Positions 13,609 to 25,861 of a stretch of 64,000 bases of DNA are shown piece after piece (within the stretch, counting starts at the first letter, position 1; each line of letters starts with the position of its first letter). The translations under genes were made by a program, and so were the position numbers. Origin of the DNA: Octopus vulgaris (lineage: Eukaryota); NCBI GenBank assembly GCA_951406725.2, contig OX597836.1:1488001-1552000 (forward strand), given 5' to 3'. The notes beneath the pieces were generated by a model that saw nothing but the letters and a program-made list of their open reading frames with translations, did not search any database and was not told where the DNA came from.

Positions 13609-13822
13609 AAAGGCGGCGAGATGGCAGAATCGTTAGAGCACCGGGCGAAATGCTTAAAGGCATTTCGCCAGTCGCTACTTTCTGTGTTCAAATTTCGCCG
13701 AGGTCGACTTTACCTGTCATCCTTTCGGGGTCGATAAATTTAGTACCACTTGTGTATTGGTGTCGATCTAATCGACTGGCCCTCTCCCCCAAAATTCAGG
13801 TCTTGTTCCTGTAGTAGAAATG
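13609..13822 (+). mobile_element. SINE family A with TSD, immediately followed by a family D SINE
   Basis: AAGGCGGCGAGATGGCAGAATCGTTAG...GTTCAAATTTCGCCGAGGTCGACTTT...; TSD ATTATATAACA(A/C)TAGT on both sides. Confidence 0.85.
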
Positions 13823-13839
13823 ATTATATAACACTAGTG

Positions 13840-14120
13840 AAGGTGTGTGGTTAGGTTATTCAACTCACGATTGTAAGGTGGTGAGTTCGATTCCCGAGCA
13901 AGAGACTTTATTTCACATTGCACCACTCAGATGGCAAAAGTGAGTTGCATCTGTTATTGAAAGGGCCAGCCTTGTCACACTCCGTGTGAAGCTGGTTCTG
14001 CCTCAGAACTACGTTAAGGGTACACATGTTTATGGAGCGCTTAACCACTTGCAGCTTCATTTAGCAAGCAGGCTTTCCATTGATCGGATCAACTGGAACC
14101 CTCGTCGTCGGATTGCCAGT
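13840..14120 (+). mobile_element. SINE family D
   Basis: tRNA-like head (CTCACGATTGTAAGGTGGTGAGTTCGATTCCCG); homologous to 3935..4224 and 18086..18395. Confidence 0.7.
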
Positions 14121-14444
14121 CTTTTTTTTTTCACTCTTTTTATCAATAACAAACTTATACAATAATGTTTCGACGATTGTAAAAGATTAGAAAGTTAACG
14201 TTGTCATTCAGCAGGCTTAAGAAAAGCATCGTACATCCACAAATAGATATATATTTGCAATTATTCCCCTATAAAAAAATACTTTCGTCACAACGTTCTT
14301 AGTTTATCTTGGCGGGATCTGAACTCAGAATTGAAACGCAGAACGAATACTGACCGCCATTTTGTCACACGCTTTGACTATCATTTCAAAAGTAACTTGT
14401 ACTTGATGAGCTCAGAATATGTCGCCAGTTGTTTGGCGGGGAAA

Positions 14445-15198
14445 TGCATGTGTGTGTGTGTGTGTACTCTATGTGTATGTGTGTATGTACTGTATGTGTG
14501 TCTGTTTGTGTATGTTTGTGTACTGTATGTGCATGGGTATGTGTGTGTTACTGTACGTGTATATGTGTACTGCATGTGTATGTTTGTGTACTGTATATGC
14601 ATACGTATGTTTGTGCACTGAATGTGTATATGCATGTGTGTGTACTGCATGTGTACCATATGTGTATGTGTATGTGTGTGTATATTTATGTAACTGCCTT
14701 TATGGTTGTATGTGAATGGGCGTGTGCTGCTTTTTACGCAAGTGTTTGTATGTGTGGGTGTGTGTATGTGTGTGTATGTGTGTGTGTGTAATATCCTTCT
14801 ACAAGCGCTTGAGTTGGTGAATGTTTCAGAGTGTGTGTGTGTGTTTGCGCGGTGTATGTCTGTGTGATTATGTGTGTGAGAGTGCATTGGTGTGCATATG
14901 CTTTCATTTGTGTTGTTGTGCATGAATAAGGCCCTATATGTGTATGTATGGCATTGTTTGTGCGCTCTTGTGCATTTATGACTGTGAAGGGAGGCCCGTG
15001 TGTGTGTGTATGAGTATGTGCGTGTGTGTATGAGTATGTGTGTGTCTATGTGTGTTTCTAATTGTGACTTTGTATGTATGTTTCTGTTCACGCGGTGTGT
15101 ATGCGTCGTTTGAATGTTTGCCTGTGTGAGTGCGAATGTCCGTAAGTGTACATTTGAGAATGTATGTAGATAAGTGTGAAATTGTGAGTGTATATAAC

Positions 15199-15230
<32 letters not shown>

Positions 15231-15361
15231 ACAGAGGGAGAGAAAGAAGCTCGAGGTGGGTGAGAGAGAGAGCAGGAGGAAATAGAGGGGGCGGGAAGCA
15301 ATGTAGAGGGGAGAGAAAGAGGGAATAGAGAGGGACAGAGAAAGTGTCTCTGCGTGCGTGC

Positions 15362-15396
<35 letters not shown>

Positions 15397-15558
15397 TGAG
15401 AGGGAGAAAGAGTGTGTGTCTGTGTGAGGGAGAAAGAGTGTGTGTGTGTGTGAGAGAGGCAGAAAGAGTGTGTGTGAGTGTATGTGTGTGTGTGAGGGAG
15501 AAAGAGTGTGTGTGTGTGAGAGGCAGAAAGAGTGTGTGTAAGTGTGTGTGAGGGAGAA

Positions 15559-15630
<72 letters not shown>
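14445..15630. repeat. Long degenerate (TG)n-rich low-complexity block, including a GAGGGAGAAAGAG(TG)n minisatellite at ~15395..15565
   Basis: Directly visible; it produces the artefactual 428-aa His/Thr ORF. Confidence 0.9.
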
Positions 15631-15634
<4 letters not shown>

Positions 15635-16009
15635 GTGCCTTTGTAAGTCGTCTATCGTAGAAAACAATCAGACACAAAGTCAAACTCATTCAGCGAGAAC
15701 TGTAGAAGCACAAGTGTGAAGCAGGTTAAACAAGGTGGCTTGGCGCGCCCGAGAAAACAAAACAACAACAACATCAGGAGTAGCAACAGTGGCAGCAGTA
15801 GCCGCAGTAGCAGCAGCAGCAACAACAGCAGCAAGCATAATAGCAACAAAGAACAAGATAAAAAACTATAAGTCAAATGTAAAATATATAAAAATAAGCG
15901 CAACAACAAAACTAAGAAGCCAGTGTGTGTGAGGTCAAACCCAGCGGCAGGTGGCAGGCGAACTTCCAACTTCTTTTGTTCTAATACTTTAAATACACAC
16001 ACACAAACA

Positions 16010-16062
<53 letters not shown>

Positions 16063-16849
16063 ACACATATATATAGACATACATACATATATACATGCAT
16101 TATATATAGGTTAGTTATATTTATTTTTCAGCTGTTTATTTTATTTATTGTGTTAATTTCTTGCTTTGGCTCCGAGCCATGCATTTTAGAGGAGAAGCTC
16201 ATAGTTGAATTACGTCGATACATTCATTCCGACCCACTGCTCCCTGGTTTCAAATATCGCAAAGGTTAATTTTTACCTGTACACCTTTCGAGGTCAGTAA
16301 ATGAATTCACCTGATCAGAGTTTTGATTGATTTGGTGAAAGGGTTAGAGAAAACTCGCGGTAACTATACCGGTTGTACGTTTTCTTTTATTGCGCGTAGG
16401 CAGCCCAGCTATAATCACTTAGCTCACCCGATTAACTGATTGGACAGGGTGACCCCAGAAGCAGTACGGATTAGCTGGCAACAGCATGATGAGGCTATTA
16501 TTCTGCAACGAATAGGCAACAGCTGAATGTCACGATATTGATTATATCGATTTATGATATAAGAACGAGAAAGTCACAAATTTGCTTTACGCGGTTTGGC
16601 TCAGGAGAATATTCAACGCCGAATGCTTACCTTACGTTTTTGTGTGCCCTAAAATAAAATGCCAAATCTCAACGCCATCGCAATTTCAACTGATATTCAA
16701 TGCAGAGCGAACACCAAAACAGTATTTTCCATTCTGTCAATCGAATTTTTTATTTCTGTTTTGTCTTTTAAAATACTTTTAACATAAGCCAATATTAAAT
16801 GGATATGTCAGTACAATTTGGTTTTACACGTTTCCGGCAATATACTCTG

Positions 16850-17680
16850 GTCATACTGGGGCATCGCCTTGAAGAAATGCTATTTGCAAGAAATGACCCC
16901 AATGCTTATTCATTTTCAGGCCAAGTACTAAGTCCATCGATCTATTCAATGAACCGCTAAGTGATGGGGAGGTAAACATTCAGACACCCATTGCCAAGCA
17001 GTGGTGGGGGCCAAACACAGACACAAACAAACACACACATATGCATATTATATATGTAGTCATGTCCAATGATTTCGGCAAACCCCGTTTTTTTGCTATT
17101 TCGTGCGAAATATCATGTGAATGTTAATGATTTAATATAATTTTTACTTGTTCTCTGTAATCCAATAAGATTTGAAAGAAAATCTGTTGAAATCCAATAG
17201 ATATTGCAAATAATCAGCAGTTTTGCGGAATTGGTTATATTTCCTACAAGGGGAAATCACATTCCTCGTCATGATTTCAAGTTGGAATCGCATACAAACT
17301 AATAATTAATAACCAGAACAGTAAGTAAAGTTATGTAAGATATTATGATTGATTTTTAATTAATGAATGCTCTTTTTCCCCCACAAAAACTTGAAATGTT
17401 AAAGTATCGAAAGTCCAAAACGCTCCTTTTTCAGAAAGCGAAAAAATAATTTTACCATAGCAAAACCGTTGTATTACACTTTGACAATTTTCATATCTTG
17501 GCATCCATCCGAAGAAGCTGGAGATACGATAGTTTGACCAAAAGAACTGGCTGTTGCAAGCAAAAATAAATATGGAAAAAGAAAATAAAATGCATTTGGC
17601 TAAATTTGGACATATAACATTTTAACATAATAGCAACGATATATATATGACAGGCTTCTTTCAGTTTTCGTTTACGGAAT
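16850..17680 (-). mobile_element. SINE family C interrupted in its internal microsatellite by a MITE-like insert
   Basis: 16850..17040 matches the 3' half, and ~17645..17680 (GACAGGCTTCTTTCAGTTTTCG) the 5' half, of the full-length copy at 34283..34951. Confidence 0.6.
17062..17613. mobile_element. Putative MITE (~550 bp) with short degenerate TIRs
   Basis: Left ATGTCCAATGATTTCGGCAAA versus right TTTGGCTAAATTTGGACAT; non-coding AT-rich interior; nested in a SINE. Confidence 0.45.
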
Positions 17681-17773
17681 TATTGATTTCTTTTTAATAA
17701 GTAGAATGGTCTGATTTTTATGTCACGAACATAGAAATCAGGCGTATTTGTCTTATTACTTTTGGGTACAATT

Positions 17774-18785
17774 AAGGCGGCCGATGGCAGAATTGGTACC
17801 GCGCCCGGAAAAATAATCTGGCATTTTGTCTGTCTTTAAGTTGTGAGTTCAATTGCCGCAGGCTTCGACTTTTCCTTTGATCCTTCTGTGGTTGATAAAG
17901 TAAATACCAGTTTATTACTGGGGTCAGTGTAATCGACTTAACCACTCCCTCAGAAAATGCTGGGCTTGTGTCAAAAATTGAAAGCTGTATTGGTTATATT
18001 TGAATTTTGTTAAGGGCCGGAATATTTCGAGTTCCAATCGCACATATTTTCATATACTTCCGGATTTTATAAAATACTTAAACGTCACTGGATCTCCGTC
18101 AGTTACGACAATGAGGTCTCACTTGATCCGATCAATGGAACAGCCTGAGCAAGTGGCCGATCACTCCACTGATATGTGTACCCTTAACGTAGTAAATAGG
18201 GACCTTCAGCGTGACACAGAATGTGACAAGGCTGGCCTCATTGAAATTACACGTACAACACATTTCTGCCAGATGAGTGGGCTGGGGCAACGCGAAGTAC
18301 AGTGACTCGTTGAAATATGCAACACCTTGCTTGGTATCGAACTCACGACCTTATGACACTGAGCTGAATGCTTTAACCACCAAGCCACTAGCCTTAATGC
18401 TTAACGGTATTTCGTTTGTCTTTGCCTTCTGAGTTCAAATTCCGCCGAGGTCGACATTGCCTTTAACCCTTTCGGGATCGATAAACTAAGTACCAGTGAA
18501 ACGCTGGGGCCGATGTAATCGACTAGTCCCCTGTTCCCCAAAATTGCAGGTCTTGTGCCTAATGCAAAAACGGTTATTATTATTATTATGACGAAAGCTG
18601 GCAGAACCGTTGGCATCCGGATGAGATGCTGAGCGGTGTAGAATCCATCTTGAAATTCCACCAAGATTGACTTTGTCTTTAATCCTTTCCGAATCAATAA
18701 AAGGAGTACCAGTGGGATACTAGGGTCCATCTAATCGACCAGCCCCACTCACCTCCGACCTTTTACCTGCAGCAGAAAAAAGGAT
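17774..18785. mobile_element. SINE cluster: family A (+, 17774..17985), family D (-, 18086..18395), family A (+, 18396..18575), family A (+, 18590..18785)
   Basis: Recurrent family A core (GAGTTCAAATTCCGCCGAGGTCGAC...GTACCAGT...AATCGACT) and the reverse complement of family D. Confidence 0.8.
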
Positions 18786-19339
18786 TCGTATTATGACTAA
18801 CATCGCTTATTTTCTGTTTATTTCTATTCTGTATCACCAGGTGCAACTTTGCATTGTTGAGACTGTTGCAGTGTGTGTGTGTGTGCGTGTGTTTGTGCGT
18901 GTGTGTGCGTGCGTGTGTGTGTGTGTGTGTGTTTGTGCGTGCGTGTGTGTGTGTGTGTGTATGCAGTTATGCTTTATTGTCGTGTATATCCTGCTTTGTG
19001 GAGATTGTTTTGTTACTTGCGATGATGATGATGATGATGACGCAGAAAGAGTTGAATGAAAATACTAACCGGCCGAGGGGGCGGGGAGGAAGGGATCTTT
19101 CTCTCTCGACAACATTCATATGAGCTGCTAGAAATAACAGCTTAAAATTTCCCTTAATCTACACGCTTCTCCCATCGTTGAGCAAAAACACAAAAGAGAA
19201 ATGAGATAACATTTCCTAATATTGTGCCTCACACACACAATATAAAACGTGATCGCCATGCTTGGAATGGTTTTGATCATCAACGGAGATTTCTTACCGC
19301 GATTAGAGAGGAAGAAGGACAAAAGAAGAAAAAAAACAC

Positions 19340-19383
19340 TCCCAACAACAACAACTACTACTACTACTACTACTACAACAACA

Positions 19384-19448
<65 letters not shown>

Positions 19449-19507
19449 ATCTACTGCTGCTGCTGATATTACTACTACAACTACGATTACTTCTACTATT
19501 GCTGCTG

Positions 19508-19570
<63 letters not shown>

Positions 19571-19572
19571 TA
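19340..19572. repeat. (ACT)n/(ACA)n/(GCT)n trinucleotide microsatellite
   Basis: Directly visible; source of the poly-T/S/V/Y ORFs. Confidence 0.95.
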
Positions 19573-19996
19573 CAAGAAGTGAAGCGCTCACTACAGACCA
19601 AGGTAGACTAAATAGATAAGCGACGGTTCCGGGTGAGACAGGTGATTACTGAGACATAAACAGTCTCAGGTCTCTCTGTTTGTTAATTATAACCTCTTCA
19701 TTAATTCAATAGAGATTTTTTTACCACCCAGTTGCTATGGAGACAACTCTTTTTCCGCCATTTTATTGTTACACATCTTCACGTGACATTTAAATCCCTC
19801 GCCTGTCTTTCTGTTCCTTGCTTTCTTTTACTTTTTCTTAATATTTACGCGGAAGGCCTACAGAGAACTTACAACGCACACATACAGGACCAGATACTCA
19901 CACACACACACACACACATGCAAATACATACACAAACTCATATAAACGCACACTAATATATATGCATATATGTGTGCGTGTGTGTATGTGTTTATA

Positions 19997-20137
19997 TATG
20001 CTTGTTTCACAACCACATGGTTCCGGGTTCAGTCACATGATGTGGTACCTTGAGCAACTGTGTTCTACTGTAGCCTAGGGTCGACCAAAGCCTTGTGAGT
20101 GGATTTCGTAGACGGAAACTGAAAAAGAAGCCTATCG
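19997..20137 (+). mobile_element. SINE family C, 5' half (other 5' halves at 24200..24353, 43505..43615, 59635..59790)
   Basis: AACCACATGGTTCCGGGTTCAGTC...GACCAAAGCCTTGTGAGTGGATTT..GACGGAAACTGAAA. Confidence 0.8.
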
Positions 20138-20193
20138 CTAGCCACTACACACATTTTTTCTCTCCTTCTTTCTCTCCTTGTTTTTTTCTGTCC

Positions 20194-20229
20194 CTTTCTG
20201 TACAGGAGCGTAGGCTCGAAACATAAAAG
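20194..20229 (+). ncRNA. Degenerate minimal type-I hammerhead-like motif in a short Penelope-like repeat (~20143..20320)
   Basis: CTTT-CTGTACAG-GAGC-GTAG-GCTC-GAAAC-ATA-AAAG: stem I CTTT/AAAG, stem II GAGC/GCTC and GAAA are present; the CUGANGA core is mutated. Confidence 0.45.
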
Positions 20230-20330
20230 ACTTTTCCATTCCTGAGCGTTATACTAATACATCTATTTGTTTTGTACACCACCTGTCTTCGTCTTTTGTT
20301 TTTCTCGTAAACTCTCCCTATATATGTGTG

Positions 20331-20394
<64 letters not shown>

Positions 20395-20538
20395 TATACA
20401 TGTATATATATGCACATACATACACACATACATACTTACATATGCACATACATACGCACATACATACATACATACATACATACATACATACACATATATA
20501 TGTGCGTGTGTGTATGTATACATATATATGTATATATA

Positions 20539-20908
20539 TCTCTCTATATAAACGGCAGTTTGTCTGTGCGTGTTTCTGTGTGTCTGTTTGCTTGTACCCT
20601 CACCCTGACCACGGCTTTCAACCGATTCTGATGAAACTTGACACACACATAGCCCAATGTCATAATTCAAAACTAACGCAGCGAAAATTTTGTAAAGTTC
20701 TCCCAGTTCTGAAAAAAATCGATAAATTCGACATGGGGTCGAGAATCAGAAACACAAACCACAAACTGTCTGGGGGTGCAACTCCACCTTTTTTAACTCT
20801 CAAAAAAAATTTACCATCATTTTTTTCCATTTTTTGGCTATAACTCTCTAAAAATGCTTTATAGTTATTTCCCTTACAACCCTGAGCAACGCCGGGCGAT
20901 ACTGCTAG
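20539..20908 (+). mobile_element. Non-autonomous Helitron (~370 bp)
   Basis: Starts with 5'-TC after an A. Subterminal hairpin CCCTGAGCAACGCCGGG (20880-20896). Ends in CTAG followed by T (A|T target). No TSD. Confidence 0.75.
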
Positions 20909-21016
20909 TGTATTTATATATACATGCATACATATTAACGTATGTTTAATATACATATATACGTTGAGTGGGTGTATAGATGCACCTACGTGTACATGGA
21001 TACACGCATACATATA

Positions 21017-21385
21017 TCTTTTATTTGTTTCAGTCGTGAGACTGCGGCCATGCTGTGGCAACGCCCTGAAGTATTTTTAGTCGAATGTTTCGATCCCAGT
21101 ACTAATCTTTCTTTTGTCAAACTTCTAAAGGGGACGTAAACACAACAACACCGGTTTTCAAGCGGTGGTGGATAAGAGAGATACACAGACTTAGGCACTT
21201 ATATATGTATATACGTAAATTCGATAGGTTTGATTCAGCTTCTCTCTAGGAAATACACACACAGGATTTTGTTTGACTGAAGGATATAGCAGAAGAAACT
21301 TGCCCAAGGACTGAGCCCAGAACCACTGGGATTGAACCCGGAACCATGTGATTAGGAAACAAGCTTCTTACAACACAACCACACC
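21017..21385 (-). mobile_element. SINE family C, near full length
   Basis: Homologous along its length to 34283..34951. Confidence 0.7.
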
Positions 21386-21496
21386 CGTACACACACACAC
21401 ACACACATACACACTCACACACACACACCCGTGCACACACTCACACACACTCACACCCGTGCACACATACGCACATTTGCGATATTAGTGTCTTTC

Positions 21497-21695
21497 TAGC
21501 AGAATTGTTAGCACACCGGGCAAAACGTTTTGCACCCTTTCGTCCGTCCTTACGTTCTGAGTTCAAATTCCGCCGTGGTCGACTTCACCTGTCATACTCA
21601 GGGCCCCAAAAGTAAGTATCAACAAAGCATTGGAGTCAATGTAATCGGGTTAACCCCTCCCCAAAATTTCTGGCCTTGTGCCAAAATTTGAAATC
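21497..21695 (+). mobile_element. SINE family A
   Basis: GCAGAATTGTTAGCACACCGGGC...GTTCTGAGTTCAAATTCCGCCGTGGTCGAC...GGCCTTGTGCCAAAATTTGAAA. Confidence 0.75.
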
Positions 21696-22071
21696 ATTCT
21701 TACTGTCCAGTATGGGAAACAAGGGTGATAACCAAATACATAGATTTTTATTAAAGTTTTCGAGTTCGAATCCTGCGTAGTTGATTTTCTAGTATAATAC
21801 TATGATTAATTGAAAACAAAAAGGCAAGCCAAGAAAAGAAATCAATCAAGCAGCCAGTCGTATGTATTAATCCCCTCCACCGCCCACCTTCTAAACCGCT
21901 TGGTCTGGGACATCTGTTTTGGTTCCCACATTAAACTTTCATTCACAAACAATGATATCACCGAATGAATATAAATTATTCCTACTCCTTGTATTTTTCC
22001 TCCTCTTTTTGTTTCCTTCTTCGATTGTTACCTTGTTTCGTTACCTCTTTTCTCAGTCACCGGTTCGTTTA

Positions 22072-22130
<59 letters not shown>

Positions 22131-22132
22131 AA

Positions 22133-22180
<48 letters not shown>

Positions 22181-22185
22181 CATCC

Positions 22186-22314
<129 letters not shown>

Positions 22315-22323
22315 CCTATCTAT

Positions 22324-22364
<41 letters not shown>

Positions 22365-22367
<3 letters not shown>

Positions 22368-22504
22368 TTTTGTCCTTTTTCTTTCCCTTTACGATCCCTT
22401 TTGATCGAAAACCACCACTCTCCTTTTTTTTACCCCCAAAAGAAAAGCTCTACCTTGTAATTTGTTCTATCTGTGTGCAGCCCTGTGTGGCTAATAAAGA
22501 AACA

Positions 22505-22505
<1 letters not shown>
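22365..22505 (+). mobile_element. Probable 3' end of a 5'-truncated non-LTR retrotransposon inserted in a (TATC)n array
   Basis: Unique pyrimidine-rich ~140 bp ending CAGCCCTGTGTGGCTAATAAAGAAA (AATAAA signal), flanked on both sides by (TATC)n. Confidence 0.45.
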
Positions 22506-22562
<57 letters not shown>

Positions 22563-22590
22563 AGTATATATCTATATATATCTATCTATC

Positions 22591-22652
<62 letters not shown>

Positions 22653-22720
22653 AGGGAATAAATCCAAACTTACAGGGAAAAATCAGATTTAGGATTGAAT
22701 CCAATTTTATAGTAAAATAT

Positions 22721-22825
22721 TATATTATATTAAATTAGAGACAAAACCACTATTAGGCAAATCATACAAATAAGTTTTTCATTGTATGATTTGCCTAATA
22801 GTGGTTTTGTCTCTAATTTAATATA

Positions 22826-22830
<5 letters not shown>
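22721..22830. repeat. Perfect hairpin, 49-bp arms, 12-nt loop
   Basis: 22721..22769 is the exact reverse complement of 22782..22830. Confidence 0.95.
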
Positions 22831-22858
<28 letters not shown>

Positions 22859-22998
22859 TCAATCTATCTATGTCTCTTTCTGTGTGTCTCTATTAACATA
22901 TCTATATTTTCTATATATCTATGTGTGAATGTGTGTGTGTGTATGTATGTGTGTGTTTGCGTATAGGTATTTATATATATGTATGTACATGTATATGT

Positions 22999-23045
22999 AC
23001 CAGGTGGTGCTATTAAGTTAGCACCAGGTGGTGCTATTAAGTTAG
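22999..23045. repeat. Tandem duplication of ACCAGGTGGTGCTATTAAGTTAG (period 24), followed by (TATCAAAG)x4 at 23076..23107
   Basis: Directly visible. Confidence 0.9.
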
Positions 23046-23710
23046 ACATGGCCTGGGCCAATAATGGCCGAAACCTATCAAAGTATCAAAGTATCAAAGT
23101 ATCAAAGTATATAATATTTTATTCTTTTATCCTTTTATTTGTTTATATAAATACAAAATGGGACAAGAACGCAAAACATCCAGACAGTTAGGTGATACAA
23201 GAAAGGGACAACAAAACAACCAGACATACAACCAGATGATACAAAGTAAATAAACAAGGACGGGTCATTCGGAGTTTTCTTTTTTCGGTCGAGTTCCAGA
23301 TTGTCTTTGCAATTTCTGCTGGTTATAGTCGAGATTGCTCCAATCTGGCCAGCCCGAAGGAAACACTAAGCTCAGAGCATTAGATTCCTTGGAAGAAAGC
23401 AACGAATGTATACGAAAACAAGGACGGAAAAAACCCAGAAGGTTACACAAATACAAAAGCGTACAAACGTCTCTGTATGCGTTTAGATCCAATTGTGTTG
23501 ATGTCTATGTGACAGTGTACAACGCTTTCCTACTTTTTTTCTCTTGAGGATGAGTCAGGTGAGGAAAGACGGCGCCTGTGACCTTTATAAGACCTCCGTG
23601 AATGGAGGCGGGTAAGAGTGGTTGATGGGGGAGGGGGTAGGAGATGACAATTTATCTGTTGCTTCGGTTGAAGCAGACCATCTGATGTCTCTAACCTCCT
23701 AAAACGATCT

Positions 23711-23757
<47 letters not shown>

Positions 23758-24028
23758 GTAAATCTAATTATGAATTGATCAACGTGTGTCGGTTCAACTC
23801 TTTATGCATTCGTGCACACATACAAATATACATACATATACATAAATCTCTCTACCTACATACATATGTATATATACATACATACATATATATATTTAAT
23901 CAGCCGAAATTACTACGATGATCCGGTTCTTGACTGAAGACTGAGGGTTTCGAATGTCCTGTCCGTGTTTATTGTATCATCTTCTAAGAGTTATACGTTC
24001 TTGTCCATGTTGTATTTTTCTACATACC

Positions 24029-24065
<37 letters not shown>

Positions 24066-24593
24066 ACTTATATACGCATGTATATATGTATATAATTAAG
24101 AAACCTCTATTAAGTAATTCAATTAATAGTAAAATATATAATAAATCATATCGAAATAATTTAAATATATTATAATAATATATGCAGGTATATGTATGTA
24201 TGTGGTGCGTGATAAGAAGCTTACTTTCCAATCACATGATTCCGTGTTCAGTCCCACTGCACGGAACCTAGGGCAGGTGTCTTCTACTACAGCCTCGGAC
24301 CTGCCATACACTTGTGAGTGAATTTGGTTGGCGGAAACTGAAAGAATCTCGTCATGTGTGTGCGTTTCACGTGTTTGGGCGCGTGTGCGTGTCCATGTGT
24401 GTCTGTGTGTCTGTGTGTCCTTCTGTTTCTGTTCGTTCTCTCACCCACTTCATATGTGTACATATACGTACATATGCTAATTGTAATGTATACTCACGCA
24501 CACACAAATATATACACACGCGTATATTGGTATACCGTTGCAATATTTATAGAACGATGTCGTATATATGGACTCTGTATGTGTGTGTATGTG

Positions 24594-24679
<86 letters not shown>

Positions 24680-25478
24680 GCTTGGTGTTGCATACTGGTG
24701 CATGCCTATAAAAGTATGTAATTATATCCGTCGATACACATCTTGTATATAGCATATATCGCCGGCAACAGGTTTCGATGAGGGAATTCAATTTGTTGAA
24801 AACCTGTCTAAACAGGAAAATTCCCTGTTGAAATATTCAAAGAAACATCTCGGTTACCTGCTGTAGAACTCACTTGAAACAGAATCTAACAACGGTATAT
24901 GTCTGCATGTAAGTATATATATATATATATATACACACACACAAACGTAGAAATATATATATTCTTGCATGTGTGCATATATGCATTTATACATATATAC
25001 ATTTATATATATATATATATATATATGCATGTGAGTATGGGTAAATATATTTATATATGTGTATACGTATGTATATGTCTTTATGTACATGTGTGTGTTT
25101 GTGTCTTTGCGGGTGCTTGTGTGTGTGTGCGTGTGTCTGAGCATGTGTGTGTGTGTGCTTACATAAATAGATATAAAGGTAGACATAGATATATGTAGTT
25201 GTTTGCGCATCAAGTAATTTCAGCTAGAGCCACCTTGTAATGCCTCCGTAGATGGAAGATGGAAAGGCACCTTGCAGTGTTGGCCATGGTTAGCTGAGAA
25301 CTGCAACAACTTACTGGGAATTTTTAAATAATTCAAGAAATATCTCAAATCGCCTCTCTTTCATACGCGCATTCTGTGTGTGCGTGTGTCTGTCTGTGCG
25401 TGTGCATCTGTGCATTTATATACTATTTTACTCTTTTACTCGTTTCAGCCATGCGGCCGCAATCATGCGGGGGCACCA

Positions 25479-25551
<73 letters not shown>

Positions 25552-25552
25552 C

Positions 25553-25584
<32 letters not shown>

Positions 25585-25666
25585 GTAAAAAGAACTGAGG
25601 CTCCAAAATGGCTGTAGTCTAATGACTGAAATAAGTAAAAGATAAAAGTATATATATATATATTTA

Positions 25667-25729
<63 letters not shown>

Positions 25730-25754
25730 TTATATATATATACGTATACATATG

Positions 25755-25785
<31 letters not shown>

Positions 25786-25808
25786 GTATGTATATATGTG
25801 TGTGTGTG

Positions 25809-25861
<53 letters not shown>

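Noticed and set aside
14381-15667. 428-aa His/Thr-rich ORF, the longest in the window
   Set aside because: It is a translation of a (CA)n-rich low-complexity strand that lacks stops by composition; no domain or coding signature.
19128-19611. Mucin-like poly-Thr / poly-Val / poly-Ser ORFs
   Set aside because: These are pure trinucleotide microsatellite, open in several frames on both strands.
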